Positions 44,631 through 53,847 of a stretch of DNA of 64,000 nt are shown here, one piece after another. The notes under the pieces were generated by a model that was not told the DNA's origin, ran no database searches, and saw only the letters and a list, made by a program, of their open reading frames with translations. Numbering within the stretch: position 1 is the first letter of the stretch; each line of letters begins with the position of its first letter. The position numbers were made by a program, and so were the translations under genes. Location: assembly GCA_964419575.1 (NCBI GenBank), contig CAYQQD010000001.1, forward strand, positions 7,403-71,402, in the 5' to 3' direction. This stretch comes from an uncultured Dehalococcoidales bacterium (GTDB lineage Bacteria; Chloroflexota; Dehalococcoidia; Dehalococcoidales; E44-bin46).

Positions 44631-45914
44631 ATGGCTAGAAAAGAAATAGAAAAGGGGAAGTGGGACAAGATACTTTCACAGATTGATGTGCCTAAACTCA
44701 TCACCTACGAAAGAAATTTAGTTAAAATTCCGAGCTATTTGGGTGAAGAAGAGGCTAAAGCTGATTATGTTGTCAAAGAACTAGAGAGAATAGGGGCGGA
44801 GGTTTATGAAATGCCCCTGCCGACCGAGGATCCACCGAGACGTCGCAGTGTTATTGGTATCCTCAGGGGTGACGGTACCGGAAGGACTTTATTAACCGGT
44901 GCTCACTTAGATACTCACGCTAAAAAAGAAGGTCAATTACACCCTCATGATGGCGTAATAGAGGATGGTAAAATTTATGGCGTTGGCACTGGTGACAGTC
45001 ATCCCGGCCTGGCGGCAATCATGGAGGCTATGGATACCATTAAGAGGGCAGGAGTTCAACTTAAAGGCGATTTGATATTTGTTGCTGATGCCGATGAGCT
45101 AGGGCATAAGCACGGAGCCAAGATGGTGCTGGATAGTGGTGTCAAAGCCGATATGTGCATCTGGTGTGACGCATCAGAGGATCCTATTAATATGTACATA
45201 TGTAATACGGGTAAAGTTGAGGTTGAAATCAGGGTAAAAGGCACCTACGATTTTATCCTCTCGGCATTTGCCGAGAGAAAAGGGATGAAAGCAGTCAATG
45301 CCGTGGTTTGTATGCATAAGATAATGGATTACCTCTTCCAGATGCAGAAGGAAGAACCATATTTCCACAAGAAGCACCCCTTGCTACCGGGAGAGGGAGC
45401 AGCCTTTTATATCGGTCCAATAATAGGGGGGAGTGTTGGTTATGGCGACCCCACGCGTAAGGCTGGTGTTGGACCAGGTCCGTTTGGACTAGCGGTCCCG
45501 ATGCCGACCTGGTGCAGATTGAGGGTGGGTGCCAGATACTGGCCGGGAGAAACAGCAAAAGAATTTGTTGATGTTGTCAATAAATGGGTAGATAAAGCTA
45601 GAGCTGACCACCCTTCCGCTGAGATAGAAGTCGAATGTTATCTCGACGATGGAAATGTTCCCTGGGAAATATCCCCTGATGCCGAGGTAGTGCACGTGCT
45701 TGGAAGGTGCATAAAGTATGTTCACGGCAAAGAGCCCAAATGTGCCGGGTTTATTGCCTCCGGCGACCAGGTATTTTACTCCCAAGCGCCGATGGAAAGT
45801 ATCTGGTATGGTTGCAACATGAGAATTGGCCGCGTAGACGAGTATGTTACCGTAAAGGAGTTGACCGACCTGTGTAAGGTCTACGTGACAGCCATAATGG
45901 AAGTTTGCACGTAA
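44631..45914 (+). CDS. M20/M25/M40-family metallohydrolase (ArgE/DapE/ACY1-like)
   Basis: About 427 aa. 'GAHLDTH', 'GTGDSHPG' and 'FVADADELG' are metal-ligand-type segments. AAGGAG lies 8 nt before the ATG at 44631. Confidence 0.75.
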   Translation: MARKEIEKGKWDKILSQIDVPKLITYERNLVKIPSYLGEEEAKADYVVKELERIGAEVYEMPLPTEDPPRRRSVIGILRGDGTGRTLLTGAHLDTHAKKEGQLHPHDGVIEDGKIYGVGTGDSHPGLAAIMEAMDTIKRAGVQLKGDLIFVADADELGHKHGAKMVLDSGVKADMCIWCDASEDPINMYICNTGKVEVEIRVKGTYDFILSAFAERKGMKAVNAVVCMHKIMDYLFQMQKEEPYFHKKHPLLPGEGAAFYIGPIIGGSVGYGDPTRKAGVGPGPFGLAVPMPTWCRLRVGARYWPGETAKEFVDVVNKWVDKARADHPSAEIEVECYLDDGNVPWEISPDAEVVHVLGRCIKYVHGKEPKCAGFIASGDQVFYSQAPMESIWYGCNMRIGRVDEYVTVKELTDLCKVYVTAIMEVCT

Positions 45915-46000
45915 TCTCCTACCAACCACTGAGATTGACAAAATAATTAAAGCAGAGGTTTCTCTGGACTATCATAGGGTAACCATTGGAGGTCAAAATA

Positions 46001-47242
46001 ATGGATAAAATAATAGCAGTTTTGGCAACCCTGGATACCAAAGGGTATGAGGCAAAATACCTTAAAGATGAGATAGAGAAGAAAGGAAAGAAAACTTTAG
46101 TAATAGATGATGGCATGCTTAAGGACCCGTTGGCGCTTAAACCTGATATTACGCAGCAAATTGTTGCTGAAGAAGCTGGCTCATCCTTTGAGGTAGTTAG
46201 GAAATTAGGCAGAGGAGCAGCTGCAGAGATAATGATGAAAGGTGTGGCAAAAGTACTTAAGGATGCTCATGCCGCCGGGAAATTTGACGGTGTGATTGCC
46301 GTAGGTGGACAGGATGGGGCTTTGCTTGCTGCCGCTGGAATGAGAGTGTTACCCGTAGGTGTGCCTAAACTTATTGTCACTCCTATATTTCAAGGACAGG
46401 AGCCCTTTGGTAACTATGTAGGTACCAATGATCTAATGATGATGCATTCCGTAGTGGATATTCTAGGTGTTAATGAACTAAGTATGAAAATATTTGATGT
46501 CGCTATTGGTGCCATTGTCGGAATGGTAGAGGCTAATGTGAGCTCCAAAATGCTACAGAGCAAAAACTTGATTGCAACAACAATGTTTGGAAACACTACT
46601 CCGCTGGGCATGATGGTTAAGTCACGCCTTGAGGAAAAGGGATATGAAATGGTCGTCTTTCATCCTAATGGCACCGGGGGAAGATCAATGGAGGAACTCA
46701 TCAAGCAGGGAGCTTTTGCCGCGGTTTTTGATATGACTCCTCATGAAGTAACCGGTGAGTTATTTGGTGATCTTATGAGGGCTGGACCTGATAGATTAGA
46801 AGCTGCCGGTAGAAAAGGAATCCCTCAACTTATCGTTCCAGGATGTATAGATTTTCTTATTCTAGGTCCGTTTGACAGCCTTCCAGCTAAATATAAAAAG
46901 CGCAAAGTTTATCACTTCAACCCGGCGGTCACTATGGTGAGAACAACCAAGGAGGAAATGGCGTTGACTGCCAAGGTTATGGCGGATAAACTAAACAAAG
47001 CAGTCGGACCAACTGCGGTAGTCATTCCTTTGGGCGGGTTTGATATGTACTGTCACAAAGGGGAACCACTTTATGATCCGGAAGCGGATAGGGCCTTTAT
47101 TGAAACTTTTAAGAAGCATTTAAAACCTGAGATTAAGGTTACAGAAGTGGATGCACATATAAATGATCCTGTAGTTGCCGAAACAGTTGTCCCTATTCTT
47201 ATTGAATTGATGGAAGGGCGTGGTAAACATAGAGGTTTCTGA
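46001..47242 (+). CDS. UPF0261-family protein (Tm-1 N-terminal-like)
   Basis: 'MDKIIAVLATLDTKGYEAKYLKDEIEKKG' is a typical UPF0261 start. GGAGG RBS before 46001. Confidence 0.7.
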   Translation: MDKIIAVLATLDTKGYEAKYLKDEIEKKGKKTLVIDDGMLKDPLALKPDITQQIVAEEAGSSFEVVRKLGRGAAAEIMMKGVAKVLKDAHAAGKFDGVIAVGGQDGALLAAAGMRVLPVGVPKLIVTPIFQGQEPFGNYVGTNDLMMMHSVVDILGVNELSMKIFDVAIGAIVGMVEANVSSKMLQSKNLIATTMFGNTTPLGMMVKSRLEEKGYEMVVFHPNGTGGRSMEELIKQGAFAAVFDMTPHEVTGELFGDLMRAGPDRLEAAGRKGIPQLIVPGCIDFLILGPFDSLPAKYKKRKVYHFNPAVTMVRTTKEEMALTAKVMADKLNKAVGPTAVVIPLGGFDMYCHKGEPLYDPEADRAFIETFKKHLKPEIKVTEVDAHINDPVVAETVVPILIELMEGRGKHRGF

Positions 47243-47345
47243 CGCTTTCGACTTATTGAACAATTCATCGTTGTGTTGAACGCATTGATTGGTCCGTCTC
47301 CTGATCTAGAGGAGAATTTAGATAAGAAGACTCCTCGTGGCTGTT

Positions 47346-47597
47346 CTATTTTGCCTTACCCCTAAATAGACCACTCACTTCTATCTGCTCGGCGGTAAGC
47401 GTACTTATGACTTTGCTGGGAGCTTTGGGAACCGGGATGCCTGCCATGGGATTGAGTAGGATATAGTCCTCTCGCTTTGCCCAGGAGAAGAAAGCCTTCA
47501 ACGTGCGGACATAGCCCTGTATAGTGGCTGCAGAAAGCGGCCTTTTGCTTCTGGGAACTTCAGCATGGTTACTTGACGGTAGCGATTGGTTTGCTAA
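47346..47597 (-). pseudogene. fragment of a tyrosine recombinase (second half of the N-terminal SAM-like domain only)
   Basis: My own translation gives '...RPLSAATIQGYVRTLKAFFSWAKREDYILLNPMAGIPVPKAPSKVISTLTAEQIEV...'. It has no start and no catalytic domain, and is bounded by stops. Confidence 0.6.
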
Positions 47598-47717
47598 TCA
47601 ATATGCCCATGGGACTAGGTCTGTGCCCTGTTCTTGTAAAGGCTGCTTTCCCTCTTATTTTTGCAAAGTGCTACTAGCCTTTGAGCAAACCACTCACAAT
47701 ACGGAGCAGGTGCCATA

Positions 47718-48260
47718 CTAGAATGTGCGCTGCCTGAAGGTCTCATATTCTTCCTGAAGACGGTCGTAACGCTTGGCATTGTCCAAGGCAATGGCACCCA
47801 GATGAGCTATTGCCCTTGCGAAGTATATATCGTCCTCACTGAACTGGCGCGGCTCGCTAGTGTATACTCTTAATATTCCTATGTTCTCCTCTCTGAACGT
47901 TACGGGCACAGTAAGCATAGATTTGATTCCCTCTTTTCTGGCAGCCTCTGGATACTGAATCCGCTCATCAGTGGCTGCGTCTAAGACAACCACCGGTTCA
48001 CCCTCTAGTGCTTTGCGAATGCTTTCGTCGACTGTCAGCGGGCCCTTCTTAATGTATGACGCGCTTAGTCCACAGCACACGGTATGAAGCAAGAGTTTCC
48101 TATCCCAAGTAAGGAGCATCAATGCACAACCTTTGGCTGCCATACATTGTGTCACATTCTCAACAATAGAGGAAAGTACATCTTCAGGATTACGGGCTGA
48201 TGTCACTGCCGCGGCTATCCGGTATAGATTCTCATAGTAGCTTTTGCCAATCTGCTCCAC
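47718..48260 (-). CDS. stand-alone GAF-domain protein
   Basis: 180 aa with a GAF-like pattern ('...LLTVPVTFREENIGILRVYTSEPRQFSEDDIYFARAIA...'). Confidence 0.7.
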   Translation of the reverse strand: MEQIGKSYYENLYRIAAAVTSARNPEDVLSSIVENVTQCMAAKGCALMLLTWDRKLLLHTVCCGLSASYIKKGPLTVDESIRKALEGEPVVVLDAATDERIQYPEAARKEGIKSMLTVPVTFREENIGILRVYTSEPRQFSEDDIYFARAIAHLGAIALDNAKRYDRLQEEYETFRQRTF

Positions 48261-48532
48261 TGAAGAACCTCCTTTTCATCCGACATTCGCTAAAATATCG
48301 GTTTACCCCCCTTGTTCAACCAGGGATGCCTCGTAGCTAGCATAAGGCCTGACTATGGCTAGTCTAAGCGAGGGCTCTCCTTCCTGGCAAAATGTAAGGC
48401 TGTATAGCGGCATAGTCTTTGACTACCAGGTAACTCTCTGAGCTTGGCAACCTCATCTTCACCAATAACTGCTATCGTTCCAAATTTGTCTTGTATTTCC
48501 TGTGCAAATGCACATGAGCCACATTCATAGTC

Positions 48533-48838
48533 ATGAGTACACAGTCGAAAAGAAACAGCACCAAGTTCCAGCCAAAGGTGTTTCTTACCTGTTTCTACCT
48601 TTTGCGCTTCTCCCAGAGCTCCTTTGATTGTCTTCTCCCCAGACTCGCCGAAGAGCTGGGAGTAACTACTGACTACCTTCTCTCCGGCAGGGAAGGGATT
48701 ATCACAGGAACAATCCCAGCTATAAAGGCGGATAAAAGCCTCAAACTAAAGGCAAAGAAAATCCTAATAGCTTTGGTAGAGGAACTCCGCAGTGGTGAGC
48801 AAACTGCCCCACCAGAAGCCGATTGCGATAAAGAGTAA
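48533..48838 (+). pseudogene. XRE-family HTH remnant. Only the last ~65 codons (from ~48641) look genuine.
   Basis: 'RLAEELGVTTDYLLSG' is the typical end of an HTH_3 domain. The upstream part of the ORF has no HTH character. Confidence 0.4.
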
Positions 48839-49103
48839 CTTTACTTCCCGCTGATTAGCTCGAGCGGGAGGTAGTGGAACCCCCTTAACCACCCCGCAAA
48901 ACCGCCTAGATTTTGACTCTGGTGCGTCTTGTCGTGTAAAGAGGTGCCATCGGCGTGAGGGCAGTTGCCTTGGAGCCCCTCTTTTTGTTTATCGGACTGC
49001 ACGAAACAAGCTTTTGTTAAATGATGGTCATAGGTCATAGGAGGATACAACCTAGAAATCTGTGGTAATTTCCCTCAAATTCTCTTTGACCAAGAAGGAT
49101 TTT

Positions 49104-49931
49104 TCAGTGGCTTTTTTCTTTTCCCCGGAAAAACACTCCTAGATGGGGTTTTTCCAATACTGGGGACTGAGCCAATCTCAGTGCTAGCCTGATATTACCA
49201 GGATCATGATTCCAAGGTTTTTCTTTCGATGAATCTGGTAACTCCACTGGTTGTCCGTCTGTCAGGTAGCTGGCCTTCTTCTTTATTGTTTTGAAGAGCT
49301 CTAGAGGATCAAAGATAGCACACGGAGTTAGCACACTGATAAACGAAAACCCTCTATGCTTAATTCCTTCTTCTATCAACCAGGCGAGATGAGGAGGGTC
49401 GGTAGCAATACCTTGAGCAATAAAACTCGCTCGCGTTGAAACACTGTAGCTAATCATATCTAACATCGGGTCTACTGGCGGATAGAATTGCCATGAGAGA
49501 AATGGCCCTTCACCGCGTTCCAGATGAGGGGTGGTAGGGCTAGTCTGCCCTTTGGTGAGAGCATATACAAAATTATTGACCATGATGCAGGTTATATCAA
49601 TATTTTTCCTTACTGCATGTGGAAGATGCCCAGCTCCAATGCTGAAAAAATCACCATCCCCACCTATGGCTATGACTGTTAGTGCAGGCTTGGCTAGTTT
49701 CGCACCCTGGGCAATGACGATTGCTCGGCCGTGTAGGCTATTAATACCATAAGTATCTATATAAGCAGGCATTCTTGAGGAGCAACCAATTCCGGAAACC
49801 ATGAGAGCCTGATGGCGGGGTATCCCAAGCCCGGGCAGCACTCTTTTGGTAAGGGCGGTGAGCAGGCTAAAATTCCCGCAGCCAGAGCACCAGACCGGTT
49901 TAAGGCTTGTTCTATAATTGGAGGTTATCAT
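49104..49931 (-). CDS. 2-oxoacid:ferredoxin oxidoreductase beta (TPP-binding) subunit
   Basis: 275 aa. 'WCSGCGNFS', 'GIGCSSR' and 'GGDGDFFSIG'. Confidence 0.9.
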   Translation of the reverse strand: MITSNYRTSLKPVWCSGCGNFSLLTALTKRVLPGLGIPRHQALMVSGIGCSSRMPAYIDTYGINSLHGRAIVIAQGAKLAKPALTVIAIGGDGDFFSIGAGHLPHAVRKNIDITCIMVNNFVYALTKGQTSPTTPHLERGEGPFLSWQFYPPVDPMLDMISYSVSTRASFIAQGIATDPPHLAWLIEEGIKHRGFSFISVLTPCAIFDPLELFKTIKKKASYLTDGQPVELPDSSKEKPWNHDPGNIRLALRLAQSPVLEKPHLGVFFRGKEKSH

Positions 49932-51661
49932 TATTTTACTATCTCCATTATTGGCCCGGTCAGCTCTTTTTTAGTAAATGGTCGACCACCGGCTCTACAG
50001 TAGACCTCGGTTTTTTCAGGCAAATCTACTTGAGAGCGGAGATAGCGGTAAAACTGGCCAGAATAACTCATCTCTATTACTAGTAGTTTGTCTAAGGATC
50101 CTAGAAAGCTCTCGACACTATGCGGCAGCGGGTGAAGCAGCTCGGGGACACAAACCTTAACCTGTTGCTGTAACCCTACGTCCTGAACTATCTCTAGAAC
50201 AATTTGGGCGGAAGAGCCCCAGGTTATTATTCCTGTCCGTTGTTTCTGTTCCCCCAAAATTTTAACCAGTTCATCCCTCTGGCGAAGCGGTAGAAGCTTC
50301 TTCCACCTCTTTTCGTGCAATTTTTGATGGGTCTCAAAGTCAGAAGCTGGTGCCCCCGCTTCATTGTGGGTAAGTCCGCTAGTCTGATATACAAGCCCCT
50401 CGTCACCGACAACTGCCATCGGCGAAAGGAAATCTTCTGTTAATCTGTAGCGGCGATAATGTTCAAAGTCTTCTTTAGCTGCTTTCTTTATTTTTACCCT
50501 TGGATAGTCTTTCTTCAGAAATTCACTATTGGTGGCAACTAGAGTTTGCCCAAGCCATTGGTCAGAAAGAAGAATAACCGGCGTTTGAAAGTATTGAGCG
50601 ATATTAATACTCTCTATAGTCAAGCGGTAACATCCTTCGATGTCGCAAGGCGCAATAACTACCCTCGGAGCATCACCATGCCCTCCGTAGATAGCATGGT
50701 TTAGGTCTGATTGCTCCGACCTAGATGGAATGCCTGTAGACGGTCCGCAGCGCTGAACATCAACAATTACCATTGGAATTTCCGCTGCTGAGGCCAGACC
50801 TATCATCTCCGTCATTAAATCAAGTCCAGGACCACTGGTCGCCGTCATTGACTCTACGCCAACCAAGGAAGCCCCGATAGACATTCCGGTTGATGCGATT
50901 TCATCCTCCGCTTGGATAAAAATACCTCCTCTCCGCGAAAGTTCCTCCTGCATTTCCTGCATGATTTCTGCCGCCGGTGTGATAGGATAGCCAAAAAATG
51001 CCTGACAGCTGACACGAACTGCTGCTCGTGCTATGGCAGTGTTACCATGAAGAATGACTTTGGGGAAATAGTCCCGAGGCGGAGATAGTCTTGGCTCAGG
51101 GAAAGGGAATTCGTAAAACAAATGCTTTCCTGCTTCAATAGCCGGCATGTTCTTTCTCAACAGGACTAGCTCTTCACTCTCCTCAATAGTTTTATTCACT
51201 TTGTCCTCTGGAAGAGCTAGGATTCTTATTAGTAACCCTAAGGCCACTATATTCTTGTTCAGAGTCGATCCAGTTACTTTTTGACTTTTCTTAGAAAAGC
51301 CAACCAGAAAAGATTTTCCCGGCAAATTAATCTCTCTCGGGGGTTCGCTATCATAAAGAAGCAAGGTATCGGCTCCCAATGAGAGTTCATTGGCAAGCTC
51401 TTGGTATTTTCCCCAGTTAAAACATACAATAATGTCGGCGCTGTCTTCCGGCAGGGAAAGACATTCAGCATCCAAGCTCAGTTTTATTGCTGAAGCTCCA
51501 CCTCTGATCTGAGGTCCATAGTATCTAGGCATCTGACTGAAATATCCTTGCGATGCAGTAAGTCTCTGCAGAAGACTGCCTAGCACGATCACCCCATCAC
51601 CACCACCACCAACAATCCCAATGGTCAAACTACGTCTCATCTTTCCTATCAAGTGGGTCAC
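49931..51661 (-). CDS. 2-oxoacid:ferredoxin oxidoreductase alpha subunit (gamma-alpha fusion)
   Basis: 576 aa. N-terminal gamma-like 'IVGGGGDGVIVLG', then 'GYPITPAAEIM'. It abuts the beta subunit gene. Confidence 0.9.
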   Translation of the reverse strand: MTHLIGKMRRSLTIGIVGGGGDGVIVLGSLLQRLTASQGYFSQMPRYYGPQIRGGASAIKLSLDAECLSLPEDSADIIVCFNWGKYQELANELSLGADTLLLYDSEPPREINLPGKSFLVGFSKKSQKVTGSTLNKNIVALGLLIRILALPEDKVNKTIEESEELVLLRKNMPAIEAGKHLFYEFPFPEPRLSPPRDYFPKVILHGNTAIARAAVRVSCQAFFGYPITPAAEIMQEMQEELSRRGGIFIQAEDEIASTGMSIGASLVGVESMTATSGPGLDLMTEMIGLASAAEIPMVIVDVQRCGPSTGIPSRSEQSDLNHAIYGGHGDAPRVVIAPCDIEGCYRLTIESINIAQYFQTPVILLSDQWLGQTLVATNSEFLKKDYPRVKIKKAAKEDFEHYRRYRLTEDFLSPMAVVGDEGLVYQTSGLTHNEAGAPASDFETHQKLHEKRWKKLLPLRQRDELVKILGEQKQRTGIITWGSSAQIVLEIVQDVGLQQQVKVCVPELLHPLPHSVESFLGSLDKLLVIEMSYSGQFYRYLRSQVDLPEKTEVYCRAGGRPFTKKELTGPIMEIVK

Positions 51662-51688
51662 TTACTAATTATAAATATATCACGCTGG

Positions 51689-51976
51689 CTATGAAATAAC
51701 TAGTTTGTTCGCACGGCATGAACAGGTAATATGAGGGTGCCATCCTTTACCATTTCTTTTCAATATATCCGTCTTAGCCGTATAGTCATCAATGAGAAAC
51801 GGCACCTCAAAGATAGTTAAAACGTTCGGGTCTCTCATCGGGAGCATAGTTTCTTGTAATGAAGCTGTGTAACTTCTACGTTGTACTAAGATGCCGTCAG
51901 GATAGAGCTGCCGCGCACGGTTATGGAACTCTAGCCCCTGCTCCATCAGGAATTGGTCGCCCAAAGTACGCGACAC
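51689..51976 (-). pseudogene. N-terminal fragment of a DUF2779 / PD-(D/E)XK-type nuclease
   Basis: 'QGLEFHNRARQLYPDG...TIFEVPFLIDDYTAKTDILKRNGKGW', then nonsense sequence and a stop where the nuclease core should follow. Confidence 0.45.
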
Positions 51977-52117
51977 CCCTAGAAGCTGCCTGGTACTGTT
52001 TCTAGAATTCCGTCTTCCTGCCGGTAGCGTACCTAAAGCTGATTATGAATGTAGTCTGGCGCTAGCAAATCTCCGGAAGCACGTTTTCCTCAAGATGAAT
52101 CAGCAAGTCAAATCGTG

Positions 52118-52258
52118 CTAACGAAAAATTACTGCACCTTTGGTAGCAAAGTCTGTCAGCATTTCCGTATACCAGGACACGGTCTTTGGTGATTTTCCTT
52201 CAGCCTTATTGGACTGGGCGAAGTGAGTTACCAATTTAGTTAGATTCAGTTCCGCCAT
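52118..52258 (-). pseudogene. 46-codon N-terminal fragment of a tyrosine recombinase, directly downstream of the tRNA-Lys 3' end
   Basis: 'MAELNLTKLVTHFAQSNKAEGKSPKTVSWYTEMLTDF' is a typical integrase N-terminal helix pair, followed by a premature stop. Confidence 0.55.
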
Positions 52259-52466
52259 ATTTATGTCCGACCACTTGAAATTTCTGCTTACTTTCATTGT
52301 GATACTTGCCTGCCTTTCTTGTGAATTGTCTGCCAGACAAGCAAGAGGGGTGATACCGGGCAAAGTTTTAGGACGAATCAGGGTGTCACTTTTTGGAAAA
52401 AGAAAAACCACCCTGATTTTAGGGTGGTTTTGTCCAGATACGATTCAGCTATGAATTATCTTTGTC

Positions 52467-52542
52467 TGGTAGGCCGTGAAGGAATCGAACCTTCGACACC
52501 CTGATTAAAAGTCAGGTGCTCTGCCAACTGAGCTAACGGCCC
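52467..52542 (-). tRNA. tRNA-Lys (anticodon UUU), CCA encoded
   Basis: Hand-folded cloverleaf with acceptor GGGCCGT/ACGGCCT, D-arm GCTC-AGTTGGCA-GAGC, anticodon arm CCTGA-CTTTTAA-TCAGG, T-arm GAAGG-TTCGATT-CCTTC and terminal ACCA. Confidence 0.95.
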
Positions 52543-52624
52543 GTATCTAGCTTTGGGGGATCAGTCAAAGTAGCACTCCCTTTAGAGCAGTTAGCGTGTT
52601 GATTTTTGACTTCCTCCCGAGGCT

Positions 52625-52639
52625 TTCGACACCCTGATT
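52625..52639. repeat. 15-bp exact direct repeat of an internal tRNA-Lys segment (partner 52492-52506)
   Basis: 'ttcgacaccctgatt' occurs twice, 133 bp apart. Weak collinear similarity continues to 'gccaac' (52523-52528 vs 52656-52661). Confidence 0.7.
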
Positions 52640-52831
52640 TTAGCAAATAAGCATCGCCAACGCAAGCAGGCTAGCCGCGCTTTAGGAGTTAGAGTCAGAG
52701 GCAAGAAGTTTGAAGACCCCGGAATATCAGACTGGTTTATTCCTGGCTCAACAAAAAAGTAGCTCCAAAGCGTAGGCGAGGATTGATAAAACATTGCCAA
52801 CATGAACCCGTAAGGTCATAATAGCATTGTT

Positions 52832-53812
52832 ATGGCTGAGGTCTATTTCTTCACCAAGACGAAAAAGCTGTTAAGTGCCCTCGACCTTCTTGACATTAAT
52901 GACTTTAGAAGTGAAAGGGTTCCGATAAAGCTTCATATGGGGGAGCCAGGGAATAGGTATTATATTTCCCCGGCTATTGTCAAGCTAGTGGTCGGAAGGC
53001 TAAAGGAGGTTGGGGCTGAGCCTTTTCTATTCGACACCACGGTGACGTACTCTAGCCCCAGGTCTACTAGGGAGGGATATAAAGAGGTGGCTTACAGGCA
53101 TGGCTTTGGGGAGGATGAAATGGGCTGTAAGGTGGTCATTGGGGAGGAAGGGGTAAAAGTCACTGAAGGCGGGCATAGCTTTGAGGTGGCGAAGGAGATA
53201 TACCAGAATAGCCACCTTGTAGTAATCTCCCACGTCAAAGGACATATATCGGCTGGTTTCGGAGGCGCTATCAAGAACCTGGGCATGGGCGGGGTGACCA
53301 AATGGACGAAGCAGAGGATTCACCACATGAGTCAGCCTAAGCTTTCGGTGGAGGAGTGTGACCTTTGTGGGTCATGTGCTGAAGTCTGCCATTACCAGGC
53401 TATAACTGTGGATAAAGTGTGGCGGTATAATAGTGGTGTTTGCTACGGCTGCGGCAAGTGTGTATCTGCCTGTTCTAGCGGAGCTTTGAGCTATGAGGTT
53501 TTGGGCTTCCAAAAGGGGCTGGCACTATCAGCTAAGGCATGCCTTCGAGGTAAAAGGGCGCTCTATATAAATGCCTTGGTTAACATAACCAGTAATTGTG
53601 ACTGCGACTCCGACCCCGGTTCCATGATCTGCCCCGATATAGGCTATCTGGCAGCCAATGAGCTGGCGGCTATAGATAGAGCCTCGCTGGAACTCATAGA
53701 TAAGGTCAAGCCAGGGGTCTTTGAAAAGGTAAACCGAGCCGACCCCTCAAAGCAAGTCCACTATGCACGGGAGATTGGGCTCTCTAGCTCATACCGACTA
53801 AGGAAGCTTTAG
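52832..53812 (+). CDS. DUF362-type protein with an inserted 2x[4Fe-4S] ferredoxin domain (COG2768-like)
   Basis: 326 aa. 'IKLHMGEPGN' DUF362-like start, with 'CDLCGSCAEVC' and 'CYGCGKCVSAC'. Confidence 0.7.
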   Translation: MAEVYFFTKTKKLLSALDLLDINDFRSERVPIKLHMGEPGNRYYISPAIVKLVVGRLKEVGAEPFLFDTTVTYSSPRSTREGYKEVAYRHGFGEDEMGCKVVIGEEGVKVTEGGHSFEVAKEIYQNSHLVVISHVKGHISAGFGGAIKNLGMGGVTKWTKQRIHHMSQPKLSVEECDLCGSCAEVCHYQAITVDKVWRYNSGVCYGCGKCVSACSSGALSYEVLGFQKGLALSAKACLRGKRALYINALVNITSNCDCDSDPGSMICPDIGYLAANELAAIDRASLELIDKVKPGVFEKVNRADPSKQVHYAREIGLSSSYRLRKL

Positions 53813-53847
53813 CCGGAATATGAAAACTAATGCAGGGAGGGAAGCTT

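Noticed and set aside
48841-49050. 69-aa minus-strand ORF, and an imperfect hairpin (TTCCCGC...GCGGGAG) at 48845-48870.
   Set aside because: The ORF has no RBS or motif and lies in the degraded zone. The hairpin has a 12-nt loop and no U-tract, so I do not call it a terminator.
52590-52680. A second tRNA gene suggested by the 15-bp match to tRNA-Lys.
   Set aside because: The reverse complement cannot be folded into a cloverleaf. It has no T-arm GGTTCGA-type sequence and no acceptor pairing. It is kept only as a short repeat or att-like relic.
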